Source of the DNA: Ranitomeya imitator
Lineage: Eukaryota
Direction: 5' to 3'
Assembly (NCBI RefSeq): GCF_032444005.1
Contig: NC_091282.1
Location: 662,222,001-662,286,000 of the forward strand
DNA length: 64,000 bases
In this document: piece by piece, positions 22,856-36,722 of the stretch
Layout of the letters: the number at the start of each line of letters is the position of its first letter
Numbering within the stretch: position 1 is the first letter of the stretch
Translations under genes and position numbers: made by a program
The notes under the pieces: model-generated
The model's database searches: none
Told to the model about the DNA's origin: nothing
The model's input: only the letters and a program-made list of their open reading frames with translations

Positions 22856-24289
22856 ACTGATCTCCTCAGGATAATTCTTCTACACATTCTGTCCTACTCT
22901 CCTCCTCTGTGGATGTCCCTGCTGGGAGTTGTAGTGGTGTACTGCAGTGTGTGCTCTGGGCGGCTGCCTCGCTGGGTTTGGTGGTGGTTACTTTCCCTTG
23001 TTCCACCCTCACTCCTCCAGCTGCACACAATGCCCTGACTGATGGCAGCACTGACGCCCAGCTGTGTCATGCCAACTGCTGCTGCCTGGTGTTTGCTCTA
23101 TTTTTTCGGAGGGTAGAGCCGGTGCTCAACTTCCATTATCCCTGGAGATGGGTGTATTCATGCCTCAGTTATCAGGATCTCTGCTTGCTGTTCCCTTTCA
23201 TTGTCAACTGGGTCCGAGGCCCCAGACTGATAATGTAATGGACCTTCAGCCTCACCGAGGGACTAGGACTGAATACAATTGTAGCAAACTCTCAGCTGTG
23301 TGCAAAATGACTCACTGACAGCAAGTGGCTTCTGTGTTGCATACCATGTTGGCTATGATCTACGGCGACTGTGTAGGTATTAACACTGCTCCTCGGCTTC
23401 CCTGTGCTGGCAGCCATCTATGTATATCAGTCGCACGTGTTTCTGCTCTTCGGAGCAGTAAGAGGATTCCTCCTGCTGCCATGGGGGAACTGAGGGAATG
23501 GCACCTGGTAAGTTCTATGGGCAGCGCCGTGGCTGGGTCTGGCATCGTTTGGTGCAGGCTGGACTGTAGTCGCAGTTTATACGCTTTCGTTCTATGCAGT
23601 GGTCAATGCAATGTGGAGAGTGGGGTGGCTATGGAGGTGGCCACATTGGGGTGCAGGGACATGGCTCGTAACAGATAAGTAATGATCACTGTGTGTAATC
23701 TGCCGCCGCAGGCTCCTCACCAGCATATGTAATGTCCACCCCCGCTGACACCACACGGATATGGGCAGCATTGTGGCTGGGTCTGGCATGTGCAATCTGC
23801 CGCCGGCTCAGGGCTACCCTAACATGTGCAATCTGCCACCGGCCTCCCTTTCCCCGTGTGTATAATCTGCTGCAGACTACTCCACCCCCGTGGGTATGAT
23901 TTGCTGTCGGCTGCTTCCCCTATGGGCATGATTTGCCTTTAGCTGCTCCCCCCGGCCCCTCCCGTGGGCATAATCTGCCGCCGACTGCTCCCCCTCCGTG
24001 GATATAATCTGCTGCTAACTGCCCCCTTCCCCGTGGGTCTAATCTGGCAACGATTTCTCCTCCTGGGTGTAATCTCCCGTCGGCTGCTTTCCCCTACGTG
24101 GGTATAATCTGCCATCGGCCACTTCCCCAAGTCCCCCGAAACTCCACCCCCCACCTCCCCCCCTCCATGGTGGGGTGGGTATAAACTGCCGTCGGCTGCT
24201 TGCTCCCCCCCCCCCCCCGTGGGTATAACTTGCCAACTGCTCACCCCCCGGGTCTAATCTGGCGACGGCTGCTCCCCCCACCCCTCCCT

Positions 24290-24865
24290 TGGGCATAATC
24301 TGCCGCTGACTGCTCCCCCTCCATGGGTATAATCTGCCGCTGACTGCTCCCCCTCCATGGGTATAATCTGCCGCTGACTGCTCCCCCTCCATGGGTATAA
24401 TCTGCCGCTGATTGCTCCCCCTCCATGGGTATAATCTGCCGCTGACTGCTCCCCCTCCATGGGTATAATCTGCCGCTGACTGCTCCCCCTCCATGGGTAT
24501 AATCTGCCGCTGATTGCTCCCCCTCCATGGGTATAATCTGCCGCTGACTGCTCCCCCTCCATGGGTATAATCTGCCGCTGACTGCTCCCCCTCCATGGGT
24601 ATAATCTGCCGCTGACTGCTCCCCCTCCATGGGTATAATCTGCCGCTGACTGCTCCCCCTCCATGGGTATAATCTGCCGCCGACTGCTCCCCCTCCATGG
24701 GTATAATCTGCCGCCGACTGCTCCCCCTCCATGGGTATAATCTGCCGCCGACTGCTCCCCCTCCATGGGTATAATCTGCCGCCGACTGCTCCCCCTCCAT
24801 GGGTATAATCTGCCGCCGACTGCTCCCCCTCCATGGGTATAATCTGCCGCCGACTGCTCCTCCTC
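24290..24865. repeat. 34-bp minisatellite (~17 copies, degenerate copies upstream to ~23800)
   Basis: Unit ATGGGTATAATCTGCCGCTGACTGCTCCCCCTCC. Confidence 0.95.
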
Positions 24866-24888
24866 TGACACCCTCCCTGTGTGTATAA

Positions 24889-25047
<159 letters not shown>

Positions 25048-25268
25048 TGAGCACCCACTGTAGGATGTCCCCAGCACTGTTCGGTCTTCCCAATAACAAC
25101 ATAATCTGTAGATCGCAGGCTATCGCACGCCCCGTAGGATGTCTTCGGCTCTGTTCTGCCCCTGCAATTACATCATAGCCCGCATCTGCAGATTATCACT
25201 CCCTGTAGCTGCCATCCTGATTTTTGGAGAGAGGGAAGCTGCAGAGAGGTATACACTGCCGGTAGCTA

Positions 25269-25802
25269 GGCCTCTTTCACACTTCCATCTTTTTCCTCCA
25301 GTCGAAATCCGTGGAGTTTTGAAAAAACAGGATCCTGCAAATTTTTCTGCAGGATCCTGTTTTTTCCCATAGACTTGTATTAGCGACGGATTGTGATGAA
25401 TGGCCATCAGTTTCATCCGTCGTGCACTGGATCCTTCGGAAAATAGCGGTCCGTCGTGCAGAGAAAACGTTCAGCGTAACGTTTTTTCTGCACGTCGGAA
25501 CATCGCTCAGCGACGGGTCCTGCGCTACCCATCACTGGCTACATTGGAAGCCTATGGATGCAGGATCCGTAGCTGACTTGTCAAACACAGGAATCCAGGG
25601 ACGTATCCCGTTTTTTTTATTTTGAGCATGCCTGGAACCATTATCCAAGTCCGGGGAAAAAAATTCTCCCTTTCCTCGTTCGACGCATCCAATGTTATGA
25701 CGAATGCGTACACACGTTTTTTCCCTATTTTCACTACATCCGTCGATAGGTCACTTCACTGCATTAGGACGTACCCCGAACAATGAAAGTGTGAAAGAAG
25801 CC
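25269..25802. mobile_element. MITE (TIR GGC(C/T)TCTTTCACACT)
   Basis: Terminal inverted repeats; TSD imperfect (CTA/CAA). Confidence 0.7.
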
Positions 25803-26204
25803 CAAGACCACGGTGTTGGATTATGTGATTACAGTACTGCTTATGCGATACTGGGGGGAAGGGGCTGTGAGGGAGCAGCGGTTCCAGCCCCCGGCAGATG
25901 CTTTGATGCTGCCTCTAATCCTCTGTCAGGGAACAGGTTTGGAGACGCTGATGTCATCTGTAGATTTACGACCTAAGCAACCACCAAACCAGTTGTTTCT
26001 ACGGCGTATCCAGACTCGTAGAGGGCGAGTCTGGGATGATGGGAGTACCTGCTTGCGGGTATGAGCCCCTGAATTTTGGGGACCACACTGAAAGCCTCCC
26101 TCTCTGGACCACGTGATGTCCGGCTGCACGCCCTTCCCCGTCCTGTGGAGGCAACACAGGCTCTGCTGACATCCTGACCCGTGTGGTGACATTCTCCTCT
26201 GCAG

Positions 26205-26322
26205 GGGGATGAAGGTGATCGAGAACCGAGCCCTGAAAGACGAGGAGAAGATGGAGCTGCAGGAAATCCAACTGAAAGAGGCCAAGCACATAGCCGAGGA
26301 GGCGGACAGGAAGTACGAGGAG
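26205..26322 (+). CDS. TPM3: TPM3 exon 4
   Basis: [39 protein letters not shown]; 118 nt, AG/GT flanks. Confidence 0.96.
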
Positions 26323-26326
26323 GTGA

Positions 26327-26470
<144 letters not shown>

Positions 26471-26589
26471 TGAGTATTGCCCCAATCCACCTGCCTGCAC
26501 ATGTTACACAAGGCCTGAGGAGGAGGGCGGAGGCTTAAATATATGCACACTGGGGAGGGACAGCCAGGACAGGGAGCGCAGCTCTGGCA

Positions 26590-28900
26590 TATAATACAGG
26601 ATCAATAATGTATGTACACGGTGACTGCACCAGCTGAATAGTGAGTGCAGCTCCAGGGTATAATACAGGTTGTAACACAGGATAAGTAATGTATGTACAC
26701 AGTGACTGCACCAGCAGAATAGTGAGTGCAGCTCTGGAGTATAATACAGGATGTAACTCAGGCTCAGTGATGTAATGTATGTACACTGTGACTGCACCAG
26801 CAGAATAGTGAGTGCAGCTCTGGAATATAATACAGGATGTAACTCAGGACCAGTAATGTAATGTATGTACACAGTGAGTGCAGCTCTGAGGTATAATACA
26901 GGATGTAACTCAGGACCAGTAATGTATGTACACAGTGACTGCACCAGCAGAATAGTGAGTGCAACTCTGAGGTATAATACAGGATGTAACTCAGGACCAG
27001 TAATGTATGTACACAGTGACTGCACCAGCAGAATAGTGAGTGCAGCTCTGAGGTATAATACAGGATGTAACTCAGGACCAGTAATGTATGTACACAGTGA
27101 CTGTACCAGCAGAATAGTGAGTGCAGCTCTGAGGTATAATACAGGATGTAACTCAGGACCAGTAATGTATGTACACAGTGACTGCACCAGCAGAATAGTG
27201 AGTGCAGCTCTGAGGTATAATACAGGATGTAACTCAGGACCAGTAATGTATGTACACAGTGACTGCACCAGCAGAATAGTGAGTGCAACTCTGAGGTATA
27301 ATACAGGATGTAACTCAGGACCAGTAATGTATGTACACAGTGACTGCACCAGCAGAATAGTGAGTGCAGCTCTGAGGTATAATACAGGATGTAACTCAGG
27401 ACCAGTAATGTATGTACACAGTGACTGTACCAGCAGAATAGTGAGTGCAGCTCTGAGGTATAATACAGGATGTAACTCAGGACCAGTAATGTATGTACAC
27501 AGTGACTGCACCAGCAGAATAGTGAGTGCAGCTCTGAGGTATAATACAGGATGTAACTCAGGACCAGTAATGTATGTACACAGTGACTGCACCAGCAGAA
27601 TAGTGAGTGCAGCTCTGAGGTATAATACAGGATGTAACTCAGGACCAGTAATGTATGTACACAGTGACTGTACCAGCAGAATAGTGAGTGCAGCTCTGAG
27701 GTATAATACAGGATGTAACTCAGGACCAGTAATGTATGTACACAGTGACTGCACCAGCAGAATAGTGAGTGCAACTCTGAGGTATAATACAGGATGTAAC
27801 TCAGGACCAGTAATGTATGTACACAGTGACTGTACCAGCAGAATAGTGAGTGCAGCTCTGAGGTATAATACAGGATGTAACTCAGGACCAGTAATGTATG
27901 TACACAGTGACTGCACCAGCAGAATAGTGAGTGCAACTCTGAGGTATAATACAGGATGTAACTCAGGACCAGTAATGTATGTACACAGTGACTGCACCAG
28001 CAGAATAGTGAGTGCAGCTCTGAGGTATAATACAGGATGTAACTCAGGACCAGTAATGTATGTACACAGTGACTGTACCAGCAGAATAGTGAGTGCAGCT
28101 CTGAGGTATAATACAGGATGTAACTCAGGACCAGTAATGTATGTACACAGTGACTGCACCAGCAGAATAGTGAGTGCAACTCTGAGGTATAATACAGGAT
28201 GTAACTCAGGACCAGTAATGTATGTACACAGTGACTGCACCAGCAGAATAGTGAGTGCAGCTCTGAGGTATAATACAGGATGTAACTCAGGACCAGTAAT
28301 GTATGTACACAGTGACTGTACCAGCAGAATAGTGAGTGCAGCTCTGAGGTATAATACAGGATGTAACTCAGGACCAGTAATGTATGTACACAGTGACTGC
28401 ACCAGCAGAATAGTGAGTGCAGCTCTGAGGTATAATACAGGATGTAACTCAGGACCAGTAATGTATGTACACAGTGACTGCACCAGCAGAATAGTGAGTG
28501 CAGCTCTGAGGTATAATACAGGATGTAACTCAGGACCAGTAATGTATGTACACAGTGACTGTACCAGCAGAATAGTGAGTGCAGCTCTGAGGTATAATAC
28601 AGGATGTAACTCAGGACCAGTAATGTATGTACACAGTGACTGCACCAGCAGAATAGTGAGTGCAGCTCTGAGGTATAATACAGGATGTAACTCAGGACCA
28701 GTAATGTATGTACACAGTGACTGCACCAGCAGAATAGTGAGTGCAGCTCTGCAGTATAATTCAGGATGTAACTCAAGGTCAGTACAGGATCAGTAATGAA
28801 TGTACACAGTGACTGCACCAGCAGAATAGTGAGTGCAGCTGTGAGGATGTACAGGATGTAACTCAGGATCAGTAATGTATGTACATAGTGAGTGCAGCTC
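26590..28900. repeat. 81-bp minisatellite array (~23 near-identical core copies plus degenerate flanks)
   Basis: Unit GTGACTGCACCAGCAGAATAGTGAGTGCAGCTCTGAGGTATAATACAGGATGTAACTCAGGACCAGTAATGTATGTACACA. Confidence 0.97.
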
Positions 28901-29112
28901 TTTAGTATATGTGGGGGGGATTACGGAGAGCAGTCCTAGCTTTTCAGGCCTTGTTTAACCTCTTCCTCCTTGCATGAATTGAATTTGATGTTTCTGTTTT
29001 TACCCCTCCTCCCGCGTGTTCTGTGTTGCTGCCGCCTCTCCCCTCCATCCTTGCACGCACACAATTCTCTCCCCCCCCCCCCCCCCACACCTCTCCTGTG
29101 ATCGCTGTGCAG

Positions 29113-29188
29113 CCGGGGCCGTGAGCTGGAGGAACAGATCCGACTCCTTGACCAGAGTCTGAAGTGTCTGAATGCATCCGAGGAAAAG
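29113..29188 (+). CDS. TPM3: TPM3 alternative exon 6a
   Basis: (S)RGRELEEQIRLLDQSLKCLNASEEK; 76 nt, AG/GT flanks. Confidence 0.92.
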
Positions 29189-29338
29189 GTACAGTAAAGG
29201 TGGCTGCTCCTGTCCCGGCTGCCCTCCTGTGTCGTCTCCCTGTGCTCCGCCATGTCCTGCTGAGTTAGGTCGGTGTTGTCATTGTACCCGGGGTGTGCAG
29301 AGCAGGATGTCCCATACCCCTCTGTATCTTCCGTCTAG

Positions 29339-29569
<231 letters not shown>

Positions 29570-29737
29570 TAGAAATTAGTCATGTGACCTATAACGGCCA
29601 ATGGGAGGCTTTCTTAGAGGGGGTCTCCTCTGATAAGCCTGCCCTAATACGACATATGTTTAATATTGATCTTTTCACAGTCTACCCTAAGGTACAAAAA
29701 GTCTGTCTCCTGTGGTTAGTGATGAAAACGGGATTAA

Positions 29738-29896
<159 letters not shown>

Positions 29897-29940
29897 TAGG
29901 GGAAGGGGGTCACCGTCTGACTCAATTCCTCTCCTTTCAG

Positions 29941-30010
29941 GCCGAAACCCGGGCAGAGTTTGCAGAGAGATCAGTTGCCAAACTTGAGAAGACTATTGAT
30001 GACCTGGAAG
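29941..30010 (+). CDS. TPM3: TPM3 exon 8
   Basis: [23 protein letters not shown](D/E); 70 nt. Confidence 0.96.
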
Positions 30011-30098
30011 GTAGGTGCCTGCATAAATATCTGCACCCTGTGTGCCCGGAGTGCTGCAGCCTCCACCTCACCCGTTTCCTTCCCATCTCCTCATCCAG

Positions 30099-30177
30099 AC
30101 CAGCTGTACGCCCAGAAGCTGAAGTACAAGGCTGTTAGTGAGGAGCTGGACCACACCCTCAATGACATGACCTCCAT
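30099..30177 (+). CDS. TPM3: TPM3 alternative exon 9a (striated-muscle type)
   Basis: (D)[25 protein letters not shown](I/M); 79 nt, donor GTAAAT. Confidence 0.93.
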
Positions 30178-30249
30178 GTAAATACCACGCTGTGTGCCCG
30201 CCTCACTAACCGCACTTTGCAGCGGGTGGGAGGAAAGGAGTCCTGCTTG

Positions 30250-31880
30250 TGTGCAATCTCAGGAGCTCTGCATCTACTGCATGCAGATTGCTGTGTGACT
30301 TGTGCAGAGGGAACACACTGCTTGTGTGTGATCGCAGGGTCTCTGCACCCACCACAATGCACAGATTGCTGTGTGACTTCTACAGGGGGGGGGGGGCATC
30401 CTGCGTCTGATCACAGGGTCTGTTCACCATTGCACCATGCAGATTGCTGTGCGATTTCTGCAGCAAGGGGAGTGGGGTATCCTGCATGTATGTGTGATCT
30501 CAGGGTCTGCACCATGCAGAGTGCTGTGTGATTTCTGCAGTGGGAAGGAGGGTATGCTGCTTTTGATGCCAGGGTCTCTGCACTTACGCAACGCACAGAT
30601 TGCTGTGTGACTTGGGCAAAGGGGGTGGGCATCCCACCGCACTATGCAGATTGCTGTATGATTTCTGCTGCAGAGGGAGTGAAGGCATCCTGCTTGTGTG
30701 TGTGATCTCAGGGTCTGTGCACCCACCGCATCATGCAGTTTATTGTGACATTTGCAGTGGGTGACAGAATGGCATCTGCTTGTGATCACGGTCTCTGTTC
30801 CCACCGAGCACTGATTGCTGTGACTTCTGCAGCAGAAGGGAAGACATCCTGGTTCTGATCTCAGGGTCTCTGCAGCCTGCACAGGCAGATTACTGTATGA
30901 CTTCTGCAGCGAGCAGGGATATGGCATGCAGCTTGTGTGTGTGATCTTGGGGTCTCTGCACCGAGCGCACCACCTGGATTACGGTGGGCAAGAGTAGGAT
31001 ATCCTGCTTGTGATCACAGGGTCTCTGCACCCACTGAGCACTGATAGCTGTGCCGCGAGCGGGTGGTTGAGGGCATGCTGCTTGTGTGTGATTTAAAGGG
31101 AACCCGTCACCCCCAAAATCCATGGTGAGGTAATCCCACCGACATCAGGGGCTTATCTACAGCATTCTGTAATGCTGCAGATAAACCCCGATGTTACCTA
31201 AAAGAGGTTAGATTATACTCACCTGGGTACTCGGTCCGGGTCCGATGGGTGTCTCAGGTCCGGAGCCTCCCATCTTCATTCCATGACGTCCTCTTCTTGT
31301 CTTCACGGCTGCGGTACAGGCGTACTTTGTCTGCCCTGTTGTGGGCAGAGCAAAGTACTGCAGTGCGCAGGTGCCGGGACAGGTCAAAGAGGCCCGGTGC
31401 CTGCGCACTGCAGTACTTTGCTCTGCCCACAACAGGGCAGACAAAGTACGCCGCAGCCGTGGCGTGAAGACCAGAAGAGGACGTCATCGTGAGAAGATGG
31501 GAGGCGCCGGAGCGGACCTGAGACACCCATCGGACCAGAACCGCAGCGGGACCGCCCCTGGGTGAGTATAATCTAACCTCCTTTTTCTCTTTCAGGATAC
31601 ATCGGGGGCTTATCTACAGCATTACAGAATGCTGTAGATAAGCCCCTGATGACGGTGGGCTTACCTCACAATCGATTTTTGGGGTGACAGGTTCCCTTTA
31701 AGGGTTTCTACGCCCACCAAGCCCTGACTGCTGTGATTTCTGCAGCTGGGGGAGGGCATCCTGCGTGCGTGTGATCTCGGGGGTTTTTGCACCAACTGAG
31801 CTTTGTTTAATGTGACTTCTGCAATAAACAGGGGGGTGGGGGTCCTGCTTGTGTGATTTCAGTGTGTCTGCTCCCACTGT
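30250..31880. repeat. Degenerate ~80-90 bp tandem repeat, interrupted by a MITE
   Basis: Recurring GATTGCTGTGTGACTTCTGCAG...CCTGCTTGTGTGTGATCTCAGGGTCTCTGCAC. Confidence 0.75.
31097..31697. mobile_element. T2/Kolobok-type MITE
   Basis: TTAA|AGGGAACCCGTCACC ... GGTGACAGGTTCCCT|TTAA; internally palindromic. Confidence 0.85.
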
Positions 31881-31956
31881 GTGTTAATAACTAACCCCCT
31901 TCATGGATTCCCGCCGTCTCTGCTTCCCTCTACCAACTCTTGTCTCTCTCTCATAG

Positions 31957-31960
31957 ATGA
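31957..31960 (+). CDS. TPM3: Candidate TPM3 exon 9b coding start (A-TGA completes Ile-stop)
   Basis: A pyrimidine tract and TAG acceptor at 31956; 9a AT + A TGA = ATA TGA gives the canonical ...DMTSI* muscle C-terminus. Confidence 0.6.
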
Positions 31961-32512
31961 CCACAGCGAGTTTCCCGCAGCCGCTCCTCTTCTTCCTCCC
32001 TCTCTCTCTGACAAATTACACCAGATTTCTATACTTGCCTATCTCCTGTTTTTTCTTTTTTCTGCGTCGCTGAGTGCAGGGTCTGATATACAGTACAGTC
32101 GCTCAAATGGTAATTTCTGAATACATGTGAGGCTAGCTCAGGTCAAACTGCTACTCCCAGCATGACCTGCTCTCTGCTTCCTGTTTGCACTTTACACTGG
32201 AAATGACCGCTCAGCCAATCATAGGCCAGCATGGGCAGTGATTTTCTGCAGTGATAACATGTCCCTAGTGCAAAAAGAAATACAGAGAGGGCGATCGCTG
32301 AGGTCAGTATCGTGCCAATGGATGGCTCCCTACAGGCAAAGTGCAGCAATTGTCACCTTCCTAGTCTGGGGTAGAGGTGCTCACATCATCGATTGGCACC
32401 TTCTCCTGTTCCCGTCTGACCAGATGCTCTAGACGTGTCGAGGCAACAACGCCAGGGTCTCCACAGCACAGCAGAAGCGGGAGCCACATTCTTAAAGGGG
32501 TGCCTTCATGTA

Positions 32513-34596
32513 CAGTTGTGCTCAAAAGTTTACATACCCCAGCAGAATTTTTGCTTTCTTGGCCTTTTTTTCAGAGAATATGAATGATAACACCAGAACT
32601 TTTTCTCCACTCATTGTTAGTGGTTGGGTGAAGCCATTTATTGTCAAACTACTGTGGTTTCTCTTTTTAAGTCATAATGACCCTAATCAAAAGTTTACAT
32701 ACCCTGGTTATTTTGGCCTGATAATATGTACAGAAGTTGACACAAATGAGTTTGAATGGCTACTAGTGGTAATGTGACCTGTTTGCTTGTAATCAGTGTG
32801 TGTGCATAAAAGCTGAGCAAGTTTCTGGGATCTAGACAGACTCTTGCATCTTTCATCCAGCCACTGACATTTCTGGATTGTGAGTCACAGGCAAAGCAAA
32901 AGAATTGTCAACGGATTGACAGGAAAAGGTAGTTAAAACAGGAAAGGGATACAAAAAGATATCCAATGAATTGATAATGCCAGTGAGCAGCGTTCAAACT
33001 GTGATTAACAAATGGAAAATCATGGGCTCTGTAAAAAGAAAACCATGGGATCATTTGGTGTGTATCTAGGTTATGTAGAAGAGATTGTAACTGATAATAT
33101 GTACAAAATAGCTATTGCAGGATTATTATTTATTGCGCGGAAGCTAATTGCAAAGTTCTGGATAAGGGAGGAACTACCAACGAGAAGAGACTTTCTGAAG
33201 TGGACCATATTATTTCCTTAGAGAAAAGCATTTACTTTAAGAGAAATAACCTGTGGTCGAGGTCCATCTTATGGAATCCATGGATTGACTCAAATTAAGG
33301 GGCTTTATCTATCCGTTTGGGCTTTGGGATCCCCTGGGAGGGTTATTGGAAAGTCGTCTTCATTTTTGCACGATGCTATAAATTGTGGCGGCTCACTACA
33401 GGTCTCTAAAGGTGGGAAGAGGGGGGGGGCGGTTGGGGTTAAATGTTCTTAAAAATCTATACATGTTTAATAGGAACAGGAATGTAATATACTTGTATTA
33501 TACTTGCTGTTTGAAAAAAATTATTTGATTTAAAAAAAATAAACCACGGTCAGGTAGACCAACAAAAATGTCCACAACTGCCAGGAAAATTGTTCGGGAT
33601 GCAAAGAACAACCCACAAATAACATTGGCTGAAATACTGGACTCTCTGAAAACTTACGGTATAGCTGTTTCAAGATGCACAATAAGGAGGCACTTGAAGA
33701 AAAATGGGCTGCATAGTCGAGTCGCCAGAAGAAAGCCATTACTGCCAAATGGCACAAAATATCTCTGCTACAATATGCAAAACAGCACAGAGACAAGCCT
33801 CACTTCTGGAACAAGATAATTTGGAGTGATGAGACCAAAATTGAACTTTTTGGCCACAACCATAAACGTTACATTTGGAGAGAGGTCAACAAGGCCTATG
33901 ATGAAAGGAACACCATTCCTACTGAAAAGCATGGAGGTGGATTGCTGATGTTTTGGGGATGTGTGAGCTACAAAGGCACAGGAAACTTGGTTAAAGCTGA
34001 AGGAAAGATGAATGCAGCACGTTATCGGCAAATACCGAAGGCAAATTTGCACTCATCAGCCCGGAAGCTGAGCACGGGAAGTACTTGGACGTTCCAACAT
34101 GGCAACGATCCAAAACACAAGGCCAAGTCGACCGGTCATTGGCTACAGCAGATCAAAGTGAAGGTACTGAATCTAAGTCTCCTGACCTCAATATCATTGA
34201 GCCACTCTGGGGAGATCTCAAGTGCGCAGTTCATTCAATTCAAGGAATTTACAGAAAATGGAGGCTTTTTGCCAAGAAGAGTGGGCAACTTTACAGAGAA
34301 AATAAAGAACCTCATTCACAACTACCACAAAAGACTTCAAGCTGTCATTGATGACAGAGGGGACAATACACGGTATTAAGAAATGGGGTATGTGAACATT
34401 GATCAGGGTCATTTGGATATTTTGGGTTGTCATTATGATTTAAAAAGAGAAAACACAGTAGTTTGACAATAAATGGCTTCACCCAACCACTAACCATGAG
34501 TAGAGAAAATGATTTGATGTTATCATTCATATTCTCTGAAAAAAGTCCAAGAAAGCAAAAATTCTGCTGGGGTATGTAAACTTTTGAGCACAACTG
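32513..34596 (+). mobile_element. Tc1/mariner element, decayed transposase, long TIRs
   Basis: TA|CAGTTGTGCTCAAAAGTTTACATACCCC ... GGGGTATGTAAACTTTTGAGCACAACTG|TA. Remnants VSRCTIRRHL, WSDETKIELF, LMFWGC, FQHGNDPKH and PDLNIIEPLW are split by stops and frameshifts. Confidence 0.92.
33046..33540 (+). mobile_element. L1/Tx1-like LINE 3' fragment inserted in the Tc1 transposase
   Basis: Residual ORF end LLFIARKLIAKFWI...LWNPW, an A-rich tail and a possible AAACCA TSD (33040-33045 and 33541-33546). Confidence 0.6.
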
Positions 34597-35339
34597 TAAA
34601 GGCAGGGGAAGGGGCTGGAAATAGTGGTGACTGGAGCTCATGTCACAGCATTTGCATGTATAGCAATTCCCTAATGGGAAACACCCTGAGCCTTCCTCTG
34701 AGGAGTCCTTTATGTTGGGTTACTTCCGTTAGTAGAGAGCCTTATGTCTACAGATCCATTTCCTCTGTGCATGTGACCAATAAAGACCCCCAGGTTCATC
34801 CCGATGGGTCAGATCGTTCCTGCGGATCCTCGTATCTAACATTCCCTCTTGCATAACAAACCCTCAGCTGTGAGCAGTAATGGGCAGCAAGGTGAGGAAT
34901 AGGGATGCAGCTGCAGAGCCTGGTGATGTATGATGATCCATCCCTGGGGTATCTAGGGTCCCCTATCAAATGCCCTCTGTGACTTACTCGCCGCTGTGTG
35001 ATTTCCTCCTGTTGCCTGCAGGGGCAGTGCAGTGTAACCACATAACCTGCAGCCATGTTGGATCTGTAGGAGTACAGGCACTGGGGTGACATTCTGGGGG
35101 TCGAGCCGTTAGTCTGAATGGGATATAACGACTTGAACTTCAGTCACATCCAGGACTTTAGAGCCATGCAGTTCACTAATACATCCAGATGCCAGCAGTG
35201 AGGATGGGTACAGCTCTGGTTGTAACTAGAGATGTTTTCAGGTGGCCGAGGTCTCTCCTGCAATAACACGTGCTGTCTCTTCTCTCTCCTTCCCGTCCGC
35301 CTCTTTCCCTCCCCTGTCTCTTCTGCCCTCCCCCCGCAG

Positions 35340-35419
35340 AACGTCTCTACAGCCAAATGGAGAAAAACCGTCTCCTCGCTAGTGAGCTGAAGGTGACTCT
35401 CCATGACCTGTGTGACTGA
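35340..35419 (+). CDS. TPM3: TPM3 alternative terminal exon 9c
   Basis: (E)RLYSQMEKNRLLASELKVTLHDLCD*, matching the neuronal TPM3 9c type; AATAAA at 35601. Confidence 0.92.
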
Positions 35420-35600
35420 GGGGCGTCCCCGGTCCATACACACCGTCACCACCAGCGCTGCCCCCTGTGGAGCGGAGGACTGTTCCCAGATCTGTAATGC
35501 AGCCATCAGCTATGACACTACAACTCCCAGCATGCCATGCCCAGACTGGAAATGCTGGGACTTATAGTTCACCTCATCGGGGTCCTGTCGCTCTCCTGTA

Positions 35601-35606
35601 AATAAA
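35601..35606 (+). terminator. TPM3: Poly(A) signal for exon 9c
   Basis: AATAAA ~180 nt after the stop. Confidence 0.6.
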
Positions 35607-36639
35607 GCTTGGTTTCAGTTCCCAAGACCTCAGTCGTGAGACGTATCAGGTCCTTTACTGACAGCAAGCAGAGGCCTCGTTACACTGTGTCCGGTCCGTA
35701 TAGATGCTCTGTAACCGACCCTTGTGTCGTAACGAACCCGCAGCTGTGAGAACATTGTGCATGGACTGGGCTCTAGTTACTCCAGTGTGGTATTCTGGGC
35801 TGCTTGTAGGGGGACACCTGCACCATGGCTGCATTATTTCTTGTATCTAATAAATCTCCATGTTGTCACTCGCTGTGTGCAGCCGCCTCTTTCTTCCCGG
35901 CCGTAACATCTGCAGAGCACAACTGCGTCTCATCCCTGTCTGTGGTTTTGTGTACTCTGGCCACCTCCAGAGCTGCACTCACCCTTCTGTTACATCCTGT
36001 CTTATTCTTCACTCCAGAGCTGCAGTTACTATTCTGCTTCTCGTCATCTCACTATTTGCCGTTATCCTCCAGTCCCCTGAAGAGATGCAAGGATTATGCT
36101 TTCCCAGGTCCGGTCTAACTCTGTACAAGGGTCCAGCACTTGTCTCCTGACCCCCGCGGTGTCTCCACCGTACTCTGGAGGTCTCAGCACTGCTGCGGGC
36201 TCAGGAGCCGCAGCGGAGAGAACTGTGATGGCGTCTGCAAGCCATGAACCGTGCTGATCCTGTATCCCCCAGTGTGTCCTCTGCCTCCCCTTGGTGTAAA
36301 TCATAAGCCGCTCAGTCTTTCCTGCTCTGCTCAAGTCACATCCAGAGCTGCTGTTATTACTCTGTGACTGCAACTGTTCCTTGTACTCCTGATGGTGAGC
36401 ACAGCTCTAGATAGGTGGAGTACAGGGCTCGATGTGTGGAATATATGCCCCTATAGCTCTGGATGTGTGTGGAGTGTGATGTGCCCATATACAGTGCCCC
36501 TGGCTCTTAGCTGATGGCCAGCGACTACCTCACACAGAGACTATGTGCAGCTGAGGCCTCTCTGGCGCCACCTGGTGTGTGGCCAGAGAGCTGGGAGTTG
36601 TAGCTCCCACCCCCTGACTTCTCTCTCTTCATCCCACAG

Positions 36640-36722
36640 ATAAGCTGAGGATCACCAAGGAGGAGAATGGGAAGATGCAGAAGATGTTGGACGACACTCT
36701 GCAGGAGCTGCACAGCTTGTAG
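36640..36722 (+). CDS. TPM3: TPM3 alternative terminal exon 9d
   Basis: (D)KLRITKEENGKMQKMLDDTLQELHSL*; 83 nt, CAG acceptor. Confidence 0.88.

Noticed and set aside
21146-22887. Long Gly/Pro/Arg-rich ORFs (470-540 aa) on both strands
   Set aside because: Read-through of the 39/44-bp minisatellite inside TPM3 intron 1b; the protein periodicity equals the DNA unit.
26504-28818. 640-740 aa ORFs with 27-aa repeats, and the array's superficial CRISPR-like look
   Set aside because: 81-bp tandem units with no unique spacers and no cas genes, in an intron of a vertebrate gene.
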